Positions 49,656 through 61,581 of a stretch of DNA of 64,000 nucleotides are shown piece after piece (within the stretch, counting starts at the first letter, position 1; each line of letters opens with the position of its first letter). The translations under genes and the position numbers were made by a program. The notes beneath the pieces were generated by a model. The model saw only the letters and a list, made by a program, of their open reading frames with translations. It was not told the DNA's origin and searched no databases. This stretch comes from Octopus sinensis (lineage: Eukaryota), in NCBI RefSeq assembly GCF_006345805.1, contig NC_043020.1, positions 22,506,001-22,570,000 of the forward strand. The letters are read 5' to 3'.

Positions 49656-50537
49656 ATGGATTTTTCTGAAAAATTGCCAAAGAAGGAGGAAAAATCATCA
49701 CACTCGTGTGATATCTGTCATAAGACATTTTCTCTGAAGGGTAACCTTACTCATCATAAACTGATTCACAGAAAGAGACCACATTATTGTGATACCTGTG
49801 GTAAATTGTTTTCTCAAATGCATTTATTAACCACTCACAAACTCGTTCATTCTGGAGAAAGACCATATGAATGTGGTATCTGCACTAAATCATTCTCTGA
49901 CAGACACAGCTTAGCCAAACACATAGATATTCATACAGGTGAAAAGCCATATCGCTGTGATATCTGTGGTAAATCATTCTTGCGTAAGCATTCCTTAGTT
50001 GTTCACAAACAGGTCCATACTGGAGAAAAGCCACATGCCTGTGACATCTGTGGTAAATCTTTCTCTCGAGTACATCATTTGGTTACTCACAAAAACTTCC
50101 ATATGGGAGAAAGGCCGTATACCTGTAATATTTGTGGTCAGTCATTCACATTAAAAAGTCACTTAGAAGGTCACAAACGTACTCACACAGGTGAAAAACC
50201 ATATCGCTGTGATATCTGTGGTAAATCATTCACTCGAAGTGACAGCCTGACTTGCCACATTCGTGTTCATACAGGTGAGAAACCCTTTCAGTGTAATATT
50301 TGTGGTGAGTCATTCTCTGAAAGGGGCAATTTAGCTAAACACAAATACCTTCATACAGGTGAGAAACTGTATCACTGTGATATCTGTGGAAAATCATTCT
50401 TTCAAAAAGTACACTTAAAATCTCACTTACTTATTCACACTGGGGAGAAACCATATCCCTGTAAAATCTGTGGTAAATCATTCACAAGTGGAAGTACATT
50501 AACTGTTCACCATAAACGTGTTCATACAGGTACATAA
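49656..50537 (+). CDS. ZF6: C2H2 protein, 10 fingers, 293 aa
   Basis: ATG 49656 ([10 protein letters not shown]); intact array. Confidence 0.92.
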   Translation: MDFSEKLPKKEEKSSHSCDICHKTFSLKGNLTHHKLIHRKRPHYCDTCGKLFSQMHLLTTHKLVHSGERPYECGICTKSFSDRHSLAKHIDIHTGEKPYRCDICGKSFLRKHSLVVHKQVHTGEKPHACDICGKSFSRVHHLVTHKNFHMGERPYTCNICGQSFTLKSHLEGHKRTHTGEKPYRCDICGKSFTRSDSLTCHIRVHTGEKPFQCNICGESFSERGNLAKHKYLHTGEKLYHCDICGKSFFQKVHLKSHLLIHTGEKPYPCKICGKSFTSGSTLTVHHKRVHTGT

Positions 50538-51200
50538 ATATATCACTGTGATGTTTGTGCTAAACCATTCTCCTATGGTCATGTTTTAAATACACACAAT
50601 TGTATTCAAAATGTTGAAAGCCATATCATTGTAACATCTGTGGGAAGTCATTCTCTGTAAAAGTTTATATTAAGTAGACAGAAATACACTTATATCTACA
50701 GGACAGTAGCTGTTACCTATTTCTTTACTGTGCACAAGGGGCTACGCACAGAGGGAACAAACAAGGGCAGACAAACGGATTAAGTCGATTATATCGACCC
50801 CAGTGCGTAACTGGTACTTATTCAAATGACCCCGAAAGGATGAAAGGCAAAGTTGACCTCGGTGGAATTTGAACTCAGAACGTAGCGGCTGACGAAATAC
50901 CATAAAGCATTTCGCCCAGCGTGCTAACTATTCTGCCAGCTCGCCACCTTAGGACATTAGCTGTACCACTGTCATGTGTTATAAATAATTCCCTCAAGCC
51001 CTAGTCATTTAAGTATTTTCAGATGTATTTGTACAGGTGAGATACTCCATCAGCACGATATTTGTGGTAAATCTTTCTTACAAATTACTGTCATAAGAAA
51101 GCACAATTGCATTTTTTGCAGGAGAAAAACCATATCACTGTAATATCTGTGATAAATCATTCTCTGTAAGAAGTGCTTTAACTACTCACGAATGCATTGT
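50538..51200 (+). pseudogene. Decayed fingers after ZF6, with SINE B (50714-50950, minus)
   Basis: In-frame YHCDVCAKPFSYGHVLNTHNCIQ right after the TAA; further remnants to ~51200. Confidence 0.8.
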
Positions 51201-51741
51201 TACAGGTAAAAAAAACCATATGGTCATTAGCATTCTATTGTTGTCAGAGACATGACAATGTCTTCAGTTCTGGTTCCACAATAAAATGCATCCAGTACAA
51301 TGTAAACAGTCATTAAAACCATCCACCAAAAATGGAAAAGAGAAGTGAAATGTTTTCCCTGACTCATCTAGGACTTGAAACAGAGCTTTCCTTTTTGTTA
51401 TGGTAACAATAATTATAAAGTCATTAAATATATTGTATTGGTTATTGATTGATTAGCTGTTATTAAAATGACTTGTGTTTTAACAGGTTCAAATTGTTGT
51501 TCACTTTCGTTTTTCATTTGATTTAATTTAATGATGTTTAACATTTACTTATTTTAGTCATCCTTAACTTTGCAAACTGATTCGTTCTCTGTTTTGCACA
51601 TTCACTAAAACTGTGCTTAGTCTAACTTAGTCTAAGTTAACACATTCAACCTCAGGTCAATTCAAATTGCAAAAAAGAGTAAAATAAAATGTATTCCAGT
51701 TATTTCCAAACTGAAATTTAGAAAAGTTTTTCTAAAAATTA

Positions 51742-52238
51742 ACATGGTTCCGGGTTCATTCCCACTGTGTGGCATCTAGGGCAAGTGTCTTCGACTATAG
51801 CCTCGGACCGACCAAAGCCTTGTGAGTGGAATTAGTAGACGGAAACTGAAAGAAGCCCGTCGTATATATCATCATTATCATCACGTTTAGCATCCGCTTT
51901 CCATGCTAGCATGGGTTGGACGGTTCAACTGGGGTCTGGGAAGCCAGAAGGCTGCACCAGGCCCAGTCTGATCTGGCAATGTTTCTACGGCTGGATGTCC
52001 TTCCTAACGCCAGTATATATATATATATATGTGTGTGTGTCTGTGTTTGTCCCCCCCCCAGCATCACTTGACAACTGATGCTGGTGCATTTACGTCCCTG
52101 TAACTTAGCGGTTCGGCAAAAAGAGACCGATAGAATAAGTACTAGGCTTCCAAAGAATAAGTCTTGGGGGCAATTTGCTCGACTAAAGGCGGTGCTCCAG
52201 CATGGCCGCAGTCAAATGGCTGAAACAAGTAAAAGAGT
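51742..52238 (+). mobile_element. SINE A with nested RTE tail (51867-52012, minus)
   Basis: Family A body split by a catcatt...catgctagcatggg segment. Confidence 0.8.
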
Positions 52239-52266
52239 GTGTGTCTCAAAAAGAATGACCGTAATA

Positions 52267-52903
52267 CAGGGTGGTCCGAAAGTCTTATCACCCCCCGCCC
52301 CTACTGAAAAGTAATAAAAACAATATAATATCAAACACATGTACTAGTATATTCCCTTTCATTGATACTGTTACACATCAAGAAGGGTTATATGAACACC
52401 ATCATTTTCGTGGAACAATATGATGCGGTGCCATGTCCTGTATGATATTTTACAAAGTTGTGCTTTGGTGATTGCTGCATAGACTGCCAAAACAGCATCC
52501 TTCAACTGATGGGTATTCTGGTATTGCTCTAGTGAAACTCTCCTTGATAATACTCCACAGTGTTGTCGCAAGTCATGAAGTCTGAAGTTCTGAGATGCCA
52601 ATCGACAGATGCTGGAAGTTGTGGTCCTCACCCATCCATCTATCCTCGCATAGGGGGGTGGGGCGCCATCTTGTTAAAACCAGCAATCATTGAAACCCAC
52701 ATTCAACCACTGGAGCTGTGAAACAAACCAATCCCTTTAACATGGCAAGGTAAGACTGCTGGTTAACAGAGCCCTCCAATAAATAAGGTCCTATTAAGTG
52801 CTTACTCGATATAGCGACCCAAATTATCACATGCGTGGGGGTGTGCTTAACTTCTTCATAATAGTGCAGCAGCCTTTGCAACAATCACCAAAGCACAGCT
52901 TCG
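52267..52903 (-). mobile_element. Tc1/mariner-superfamily 3' half
   Basis: TA|CAGGGTGGTCCGAAAG TIR; WVAISSKHLIGPY...QDGAPP remnants; truncated at MITE M1. Confidence 0.72.
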
Positions 52904-53316
52904 GGATCTTATCGGTTTGAATGGCAGTTTATTCTAGCGGTGTCATATGAAATTGTCACCCATGATTATGACCCTAGTATCGATCTATTGCATTTCAATC
53001 TGTTTTAGGGTAATGGGTGGGGGAAGGGTATCTTTTTTTCTTCAGATATGTACATAAACCCAATCTGTTTCTTAAACGAGGGACATATTCATACGGCACA
53101 GAATGTTTTTTTTACCTCAATAGACGTTATTGATTGGTTGAAATTGCAGAAATTGAAGAAAAAAAATAACAAATATCTTACAAACCATAGAATTTTCTCA
53201 ATGAAGCCAAGAGAAAAAGATGTTTTATAAACACATTCTACCAGTATACGAAGTTTTAAAGTGTTTAGTTACCTAGAAATTATGTTAAAAAACTGCCGTT
53301 CAAACCGAAAAAATCC
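52904..53316 (+). mobile_element. MITE M1
   Basis: Both TIRs; no TSD visible. Confidence 0.88.
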
Positions 53317-53559
53317 GTTAATTTTTTAATTGAAAATTTAGATAATTTCATATTTACATATGTAACACATACATAATACAAATCCAAGGCCGAAGAAAAC
53401 ACAAACGAGCGAAAAAAAACAGAGAAAAGGCATAAATTCAACATCAATATACATCTTGTTAATATTCTAAAGATTAAAGCAATTTTTTTTTTTTTGAAAA
53501 TGATATTTTTAAAACGTATTTATTCTATCTGGTTTTGATATTTTACTTCTAAGAAAAAT

Positions 53560-53862
53560 TAAACCTCGACTAGAAACATTGTGGTGCACCTGAGCACTGT
53601 ATACAATAATTTTATTATTCAGCACCACATATTGTGCTGATATCTGCAAGTGAAAAGCTATCATAGCGGTTTCTAATATTTGGGTTCGAAAGTACGGCTA
53701 GAGACTAAGAACTCGGCTACAATTCTTGGTGAAGATCTCTTGGAAATTTGATGCGGAATCAAGTAAATGACACATTGATGGATCTCATTCCAACTGTCAG
53801 ATATTTTCTTTGGTAGTTTGGTAAAAACACTCAACGTTCTGTGCATCTGGAAAACGGTGAGT
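53560..53862 (+). promoter_or_regulatory. Putative promoter / exon 1 of ZF7 with donor
   Basis: gttcgaaagtacggct; ggaaaacg|GTgagt (53857); acceptor atttcAG 58331-58332. Confidence 0.65.
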
Positions 53863-54010
53863 TGATAAACATAGTTTTTAATACCGTAATAATGTATTTA
53901 AATAATAGAATCGTGTTTCTCTTGACTGATAATGGTAAGAGTTCTGATCAAAGAATTCCATTTAACCCCCATCGGTCTCTCACGGATTTCTGGATCGAAG
54001 CACACTTTGT

Positions 54011-54415
54011 GGATCTTTTCGGTTTGACCGGCAGTTTTTAAAAATAATTTCTAGTTAACTAAACACTTTTAAACTTCGTATACTGGTAGAATGTGTTTAT
54101 AAAACATCTTTTTCTCTTGGCTTAATTGAGAAAATTCTATAGTTTGTAAGATATTTGTTGTTTTTTTCTTCAATTTCAACCAATCAATGACGTCTATTGA
54201 GGTAAAAAAAACATTCTATGCCGTATGAATATGTCCCTCGTTTAAGAAACAGATTAGGTTTATTTACATTTCTGAAGAAAAAAAAGACACCCTTCCCCCA
54301 CCCCTAACCCTAAAACAGATTGAAATGCAATAGATCGATACTAGGGTCATAATTATGAGTGACAATTTCATATGACACCGCTAGAAAAAAACTGCCGTTC
54401 AAACTTACAAGATCC
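54011..54415 (-). mobile_element. MITE M1 copy A
   Basis: 8-bp TSD CACTTTGT (54003-54010, 54416-54423); empty site seen near 47405 and 33970. Confidence 0.9.
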
Positions 54416-54752
54416 CACTTTGTAACTTGTCTTAACATTTTTAGTTTTTGGTAGTTTCAGGAAATTTTTGTCACTTTGTCTTTTACAAAACTCCTGCGAT
54501 GAAGCAACAACAAAAAAAAATTTGATAAATACATAAAATGTAATTTGAACTTTCGAAAAAAGAAAAATTTATAATCAAGGTTTTAAAACGCGAACATTAT
54601 GAATCTTGCATGATTTTAGTTTTTATTTTTTCATTTCAGAATAAAAATTGAAAATGTTGAGCTGTAATTTTGCGCTTCAATGGAATTTTTATTTGATCTG
54701 TATTAACTTCAAAAAGTGATTATTTACGATGATTAAGCGTGAAAAAAAAGGG

Positions 54753-55716
54753 GGTATTCTTTCGTAATGTGTTGGAACTCACAGCATTCGTTAATTTCCG
54801 TAAAAGAAATCTTGGGTTGGGGAAATGTACATTTTCTTTGATCTCACGATAAAGTGAAACAGAAATTTGACAGGGACATGTCGGTGAGGATGCGAGACAA
54901 AGTGTGTTTTGTGTGTATGTGTGAGAGAAAAAGAAAGAGAGATGTTTTGCTGTGTGTGTGCGTGAGAGAGTAACAGCGTATATTTTTTATTGAATTTTCC
55001 TCGAATCCGTTTTTGAGTGTGGGTGATCGAGTGAGAATGAGAGAGGTGTGTGTTGTCGGAAAGAGAGAAAGAGCGTAAATTTTATTTACTTTTTCTCGCA
55101 TCCTTTTTTTAGTGAGTGTGTACACACAGCAACACACACATCTCTCTCTCTCTCTCTCAGTCAAATACACACTCACTAAAGAGATGCGAGAATGTAAAAA
55201 AGGAGAAAGCAAAGTCTTCAGTGTGAGTATTTTGGTTTGCGGGGTCAACTGCCTCCTCCGCTTCATTTTTTTGTTAATCACTCATTCTCATTTAATTGTT
55301 TGTTTATTCATATGTTTCGTCTCATTCGATACCCTGACTCCAACGTTTGTTTTGTCCCCTCTTTTTCTCAACCTTATGGTGAATAAAGAAATACTCTCTC
55401 TCTTTCTCTCTCTCTCAGTCAATCACTCAAAAAAAGATGCGAGAAAAATTAAATTCAAAAAATTTACGCTGTTACACTCTCCCTCACACACAAACACATC
55501 TTTCTCTCTCCCTCACACACACTTTATGTCTCACACTCCCTGTCGACATATACACACATCCCTATCAGATTTTCACTTTATCGTAAGATCAGAGGAAATG
55601 TACATTTCCACCCACAAGAGAAAAAACAAAATTTTTACGAAAATTACCGAACGCTGTGTGTAAACAGCTGTTCTGTTTCTGTTTGACGTATTTTGAACGC
55701 ATAACGAAAGAATACC
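54753..55716. mobile_element. MITE family M4 (duplicate at 56653-57616)
   Basis: GGTATTCTTTCGTAATG / CATAACGAAAGAATACC ends; long imperfect internal IR; ~9-bp TSD aaaaaaggg / aaaaaagag. Confidence 0.7.
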
Positions 55717-55912
55717 AAAAAAGAGCTTTTCTTTTTGAGAGTAACCTCGAAACGAACGTTTTTATGAATTTTAAGTTTTTGGCAAAATATTGCCATAATA
55801 AACACTGCCGTTTATTGTGATATATGTAGGTGTATGTGGAGTCTGCAAATGTATGAACTTTGTACCACTGTCATTGCATAATGTAATGTAAATAACAATT
55901 TATGAAAATAAG

Positions 55913-56315
55913 GGATCTTTTCGGTTTGACCGGCAGTTTTTTAAAATAATTTCTTTGTAACTAAACACTTTTAAACTTCGTATACTGGTAGAATGTTTAT
56001 AAAACATCTTTTTCTCTTGGCTTTATTGAGAAAATTCTATCGTTTGTAAGATATTTGTTGTGTTTTTTCTTCAATTTCAACCAATCAGTGACGTCTATTG
56101 AGGTAAAAAAACATTCTGTGCCGTATGAATATGTCCCTCGTTTAAGAAACAGATTGGGTTTATTTACATTTGTGAAGAAAAAAAAGACACCCTTCCCCCA
56201 CCCCTAACCCTAAAACAGATTGAAATGCAATAGATCGATACTAGGGTCATAATTATGAGTGACAATTTCATATGACACCGCTAGAAAAAAACTGCCGTTC
56301 AAACTTACAAGATCC
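55913..56315 (-). mobile_element. Chimeric MITE M1 (B-left / A-right)
   Basis: Left flank and variants match 57813 copy; right variants and flank match 54011 copy. Confidence 0.9.
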
Positions 56316-57812
56316 CACTTTGTAACTTGTCTTAACATTTTTAGTTTTTGGTAGTTTCAGGAAATTTTTGTCACTTTGTCTTTTACAAAACTCCTGCGAT
56401 GAAACAACAACAAAAAAAAATTTGATAAATACATAAAATGTAATTTGAACTTTCGAAAAAAGAAAAATTTATAATCAAGGTTTTAAAACGCGAACATTAT
56501 GAATCTTGCATGATTTTAGTTTTTATTTTTTCATTTCAGAATAAAAATTGAAAATGTTGAGCTGTAATTTTGCGCTTCAATGGAATTTTTATTTGATCTG
56601 TATTAACTTCAAAAAGTGATTATTTACGATGATTAAGCGTGAAAAAAAAGGGGGTATTCTTTCGTAATGTGTTGGAACTCACAGCATTCGTTAATTTCCG
56701 TAAAAGAAATCTTGGGTTGGGGAAATGTACATTTTCTTTGATCTCACGATAAAGTGAAACAGAAATTTGACAGGGACATGTCGGTGAGGATGCGAGACAA
56801 AGTGTGTTTTGTGTGTATGTGTGAGAGAAAAAGAAAGAGAGATGTTTTGCTGTGTGTGTGCGTGAGAGAGTAACAGCGTATATTTTTTATTGAATTTTCC
56901 TCGAATCCGTTTTTGAGTGTGGGTGATCGAGTGAGAATGAGAGAGGTGTGTGTTGTCGGAAAGAGAGAAAGAGCGTAAATTTTATTTACTTTTTCTCGCA
57001 TCCTTTTTTTAGTGAGTGTGTACACACAGCAACACACACATCTCTCTCTCTCTCTCTCAGTCAAATACACACTCACTAAAGAGATGCGAGAATGTAAAAA
57101 AGGAGAAAGCAAAGTCTTCAGTGTGAGTATTTTGGTTTGCGGGGTCAACTGCCTCCTCCGCTTCATTTTTTTGTTAATCACTCATTCTCATTTAATTGTT
57201 TGTTTATTCATATGTTTCGTCTCATTCGATACCCTGACTCCAACGTTTGTTTTGTCCCCTCTTTTTCTCAACCTTATGGTGAATAAAGAAATACTCTCTC
57301 TCTTTCTCTCTCTCTCAGTCAATCACTCAAAAAAAGATGCGAGAAAAATTAAATTCAAAAAATTTACGCTGTTACACTCTCCCTCACACACAAACACATC
57401 TTTCTCTCTCCCTCACACACACTTTATGTCTCACACTCCCTGTCGACATATACACACATCCCTATCAGATTTTCACTTTATCGTAAGATCAGAGGAAATG
57501 TACATTTCCACCCACAAGAGAAAAAACAAAATTTTTACGAAAATTACCGAACGCTGTGTGTAAACAGCTGTTCTGTTTCTGTTTGACGTATTTTGAACGC
57601 ATAACGAAAGAATACCAAAAAAGAGCTTTTCTTTTTGAGAGTAACCTCGAAACGAACGTTTTTATGAATTTTAAGTTTTTGGCAAAATATTGCCATAATA
57701 AACACTGCCGTTTATTGTGATATATGTAGGTGTATGTGGAGTCTGCAAATGTATGAACTTTGTACCACTGTCATTGCATAATGTAATGTAAATAACAATT
57801 TATGAAAATAAG

Positions 57813-58214
57813 GGATCTTTTCGGTTTGACCGGCAGTTTTTTAAAATAATTTCTTTGTAACTAAACACTTTTAAACTTCGTATACTGGTAGAATGTTTAT
57901 AAAACATCTTTTTCTCTTGGCTTTATTGAGAAAATTCTATCGTTTGTAAGATATTTGTTGTGTTTTTTCTTCAATTTCAACCAATCAGTGACGTCTATTG
58001 AGGTAAAAAAACATTCTGTGCCGTATGAATATGTCCCTCGTTTAAGAAACAGATTGGGTTTATTTACATTTGTGAAGAAAAAAAAGAAACCCTTCCGCCA
58101 CCCCTAACCCTAAAACAGATTGAAATGCAATAGATCGATACTAGGGTCATAATTATGGGTGACAATTTCATATGACACCGCTAGAAAAAACTGCCGTTCA
58201 AACCGAATAAATCC
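57813..58214 (-). mobile_element. MITE M1 copy B
   Basis: Both TIRs; relative to the ZF6 empty site (~49100), 8 bp (tttagatt) are missing rather than duplicated. Confidence 0.88.
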
Positions 58215-58532
58215 TTGCAGTAAAAGATTATATCTATAGTTTATCAATATAGAATTAATGTAAAATTTCACTGTTGAATCTCCATTTTTTAGAATATCTT
58301 TGTAATCTTAAACTATTTCTCAATCATTTCAGAACATCAGATGACATTGTCATTTATTGCCACTTACAGAGAAAAGGAAGGTGATATACAGAAGAGCCAC
58401 AACTCTGTGAGTGTCTCATTGAATTAATGACAGTTACTGAGAGTTGATTCTTCCAAGTGAAACGTTTCTCCTGATTGTCTGGAAGGTCTATGAGAAGATT
58501 TTGTGTTCTAATTGGATTTGGACTGATTTACT

Positions 58533-58716
58533 AAGAAGTTTGCTACCTCATTCTTATAACAATAAAGAAGCTTGCTACCTCATTCTTATAACAATAAAGA
58601 AGCTTGCTACCTCATTCTTATAACAATAAAGAAGCTTGCTACCTCATTCTTATAACAATAAAGAAGCTTGCTACCTCATTCTGATAACAATAAAGAAGCT
58701 TGCTACCTCATTCTGA
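58533..58716 (+). repeat. 32-bp tandem repeat, 6 units, in ZF7 5' leader
   Basis: Starts at 58533, 58565, 58597, 58629, 58661, 58693. Confidence 0.92.
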
Positions 58717-58823
58717 TAGTCACAAAGATAACAGTTGATGCAGGTATTGCATTAGAACAGTTTTCATCAGTGCAGTAAAGGGGAAAATATATAACTGTTG
58801 TGTGACAAAAAAAAATAAGAAGA

Positions 58824-59702
58824 ATGGATTTTTCTGAAAAATTGCCAAAGAAGGAGGAAAAATCATCACACTCGTGTGATATCTGTCATAAGACATTTTC
58901 TCTGAAGGGTAACCTTACCCATCATAAACTGATTCACAGAAAGAGGCCACATTATTGTGATACCTGTGGTAAATCTTTCTCTCAAATGCATTTATTAACC
59001 ACCCACCAACGCATTCACACTGAAGAGAAACCATACGAATGTCATATTTGTGCCAAATCATTCGCAGTAAAAAATAGCTTAATCAAACACATAGATATTC
59101 ATACAGGTGAAAAGCCATATCACTGTGATATCTGTGGTAAGTCATTCTTGCGTAAGCATTCCTTGGTTGTTCACAAACATGTCCATACTGGAGAAAAGCC
59201 ACATGCCTGTGACATCTGTGGTAAATCTTTCTCTCGAGTACATCATTTGATTACTCACAAGAATTTCCATATAGGTGAAAGACCATATAGATGTAATATC
59301 TGTGGTCAGTCGTTCATTTTGAAAAGTCACTTAAATGGTCACAAACGTACTCACACAGGTGAAAAACCATATCACTGTGATATCTGTGGTAAATCATTCT
59401 CCCAGACGAACGGCCTAACCAGTCACATTCGTATTCATACAGGTGAGAAACCCTTTCAGTGTAATATTTGTGGTGAGTCATTCTCTGAAAGGGGCAATTT
59501 AGCTAAACACAAATACCTTCATACGGGGGAGAAGTCTTATCACTGTGATATCTGTGGAAGAGCATTCTTTCAAAAAGTACACTTAAATTCTCACCTACGT
59601 ATTCATACTGGAGAGAGACCGTATCCCTGTAAAATCTGTGATAAATCTTTCAGTAACAGAAGCACATTAACTGTTCACAAACGTGTTCATACAGGTAAAT
59701 AA
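58824..59702 (+). CDS. ZF7: C2H2 protein, 10 fingers, 292 aa
   Basis: Intact array; closest paralogue of ZF6. Confidence 0.93.
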   Translation: MDFSEKLPKKEEKSSHSCDICHKTFSLKGNLTHHKLIHRKRPHYCDTCGKSFSQMHLLTTHQRIHTEEKPYECHICAKSFAVKNSLIKHIDIHTGEKPYHCDICGKSFLRKHSLVVHKHVHTGEKPHACDICGKSFSRVHHLITHKNFHIGERPYRCNICGQSFILKSHLNGHKRTHTGEKPYHCDICGKSFSQTNGLTSHIRIHTGEKPFQCNICGESFSERGNLAKHKYLHTGEKSYHCDICGRAFFQKVHLNSHLRIHTGERPYPCKICDKSFSNRSTLTVHKRVHTGK

Positions 59703-59888
59703 ATATATCACTGTGATGTTTGTGCTAAACCATTCTCCTATGGTCATGTTTTAAATACACACAATTGTATTCAAAATGGGGAAAGCCATATCATTGTAAC
59801 ATCTGTGGGAAGTCATTCTCTGTAAAAGTTCATATTAAGTAGACAGAAATACACTTATATCTACAGGACAGTATCTATACCACTGTCA

Positions 59889-60287
59889 TCTCTATATCTA
59901 CATATATATATATCTCTCTTATTATAATATATATATAAATAGCAAAATGTCTGTGTGTGTGTCCTTTATACAAATCCACAATTTTTCAGTTAGGGGGCTC
60001 GCACTTTCTATGGTCATTCAAAACTGTCCAAGGGTGGTCGTGCACATCTTTACATTTCCCCAGTCACCCTGCAAAGCCATTAAAAAATCAATAGAAGTGA
60101 CTTTTTTGTGAATTTTCTATCCAAAACCCAATCAAAATGCCCGAAACTTGATACGCCAATTGAATGCCAGCTAGCTGTATGTGATTGGTAAGAGATTTGG
60201 ACAGTACTCACATGTATGTACGCACGCACGCAGCTGTATATGCATGCACTAGCACTATGACCCAGCGTTGCCGGGTCATAGTGCTAG
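59889..60287 (+). mobile_element. Non-autonomous Helitron in ZF7 3' region
   Basis: gtcA|TC...CTAG|Tgtgtt; empty site ccactgtcatgtgtt in ZF6 unit (~50966); no TSD. Confidence 0.85.
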
Positions 60288-60581
60288 TGTGTTATAAATC
60301 ATTCCCTGAAACCCCAGTCATTTAAGTATTTTCAGATGTATTTGTACAGGTGAGATACTCTACCAGCACGATATTTGTGGTAAATCTTTCTTACAAATTA
60401 CTGACATAAGGAAGCACAATTTCATTTTTTGCAGGAGAAAAACCATATCACTGTAATATCTGTGATAAATCATTCTCTGTAAGAAGTGCTTTAACTACTC
60501 ACGAATGCATTTGTTACAGGTAAAAAATCACACTTGTCATGTCTGTAGCTAATCATTTTCTGAAAATAGTGATTTAATTAA

Positions 60582-60801
60582 CCCTTTAGTGTTCAGATTA
60601 TTCTGTCAAATGTGATGTTTGTATATTCAAAATGGTTTGAATTAATCATGCATTATCTTGTAGTTTAGATATTTCAGTGATGTAATTTTTCAGTTTTAGA
60701 ATGACATGGTAGGGCTGAGGTGAGAGGCGAGAACTGGTCAGTTTCAATATAAAACAGGTTAAATATTTTGTCCGGATATGGCCAGTTTGAATGCTAAAGG
60801 G
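60582..60801 (+). mobile_element. piggyBac-type MITE (related to 26001)
   Basis: TTAA|CCCTTTAG...CTAAAGGG|TTTAA. Confidence 0.75.
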
Positions 60802-61361
60802 TTTAAACACAGATATATTCATTGTAAAGCAAAGCTATATCACAGTTATACCTGTGGAAGGAAATTCTTTGTAATAAATGACTCATCTAAGTATAAAGAT
60901 ACATTTTGTGAAGTGGGTGGTAAATGAACAGAGACATCAGCACTCTAATGTTGTCAGCGACATGACAACTTCTTCAATTCTGGTTCCACAATAAAATATG
61001 TCCAGTACAATGTGAAATTCATGATGATGATATCTCAGGAAGGCAGTCATTAAAACCATCCACCAAAAATGGAAAAGAGAAATGAAATGTTTTCCCTGAC
61101 TCATCCAGGACTTAGAAAGGAGCTTTCCTTTTTGTTATGGTAACAATAATTATAAATTCATTAAATATATTGTATTGGTTATTGATTGATTAGCTGTTAT
61201 TAAAATGACTTGTGTTTTAACAAGATTGAATTGCTGTTCACTTTCGTTTTCCATTTTATTGAATTCAATTATGTTTAACATTTACTTATTTTAATTATCC
61301 TTAACTTTGCAAACTGATTCATTCTCTATTTCGGACCTTCACTAAAACCTTGCTTACTTAA

Positions 61362-61581
61362 CCTTTTCGTTACAGTATTTATTTTGAGATGCTCTGTGTT
61401 TCTTTCAATTACTTTAAATATAACAAAGAATTTGGTAAAATAACTTAGTTATCATTCAGCTAGTGTTAGGAACATAAATTGTGACTAAGGTTTGGTGGAA
61501 GATTTTAATTCAAAACTTATGAAAACAAGACATTTGTACTCAGAGCCAGAGGCAGTTTCAGCCGGGTTGGTAATGAAAGGG
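61362..61581 (-). mobile_element. piggyBac-type MITE P1
   Basis: TTAA-flanked reverse copy. Confidence 0.85.

Larger units (their letters stand above)
54280..58079 (+). repeat. 1900-bp tandem duplication (2 copies) in ZF7 intron
   Basis: Sequence recurs at exactly +1900; only one substitution noticed (54504 g vs 56404 a). Confidence 0.95.

Noticed and set aside
54844-57563. Identical 145-aa and 183-aa ORF pairs
   Set aside because: Low-complexity frames in MITE M4, identical only because of the 1900-bp duplication.
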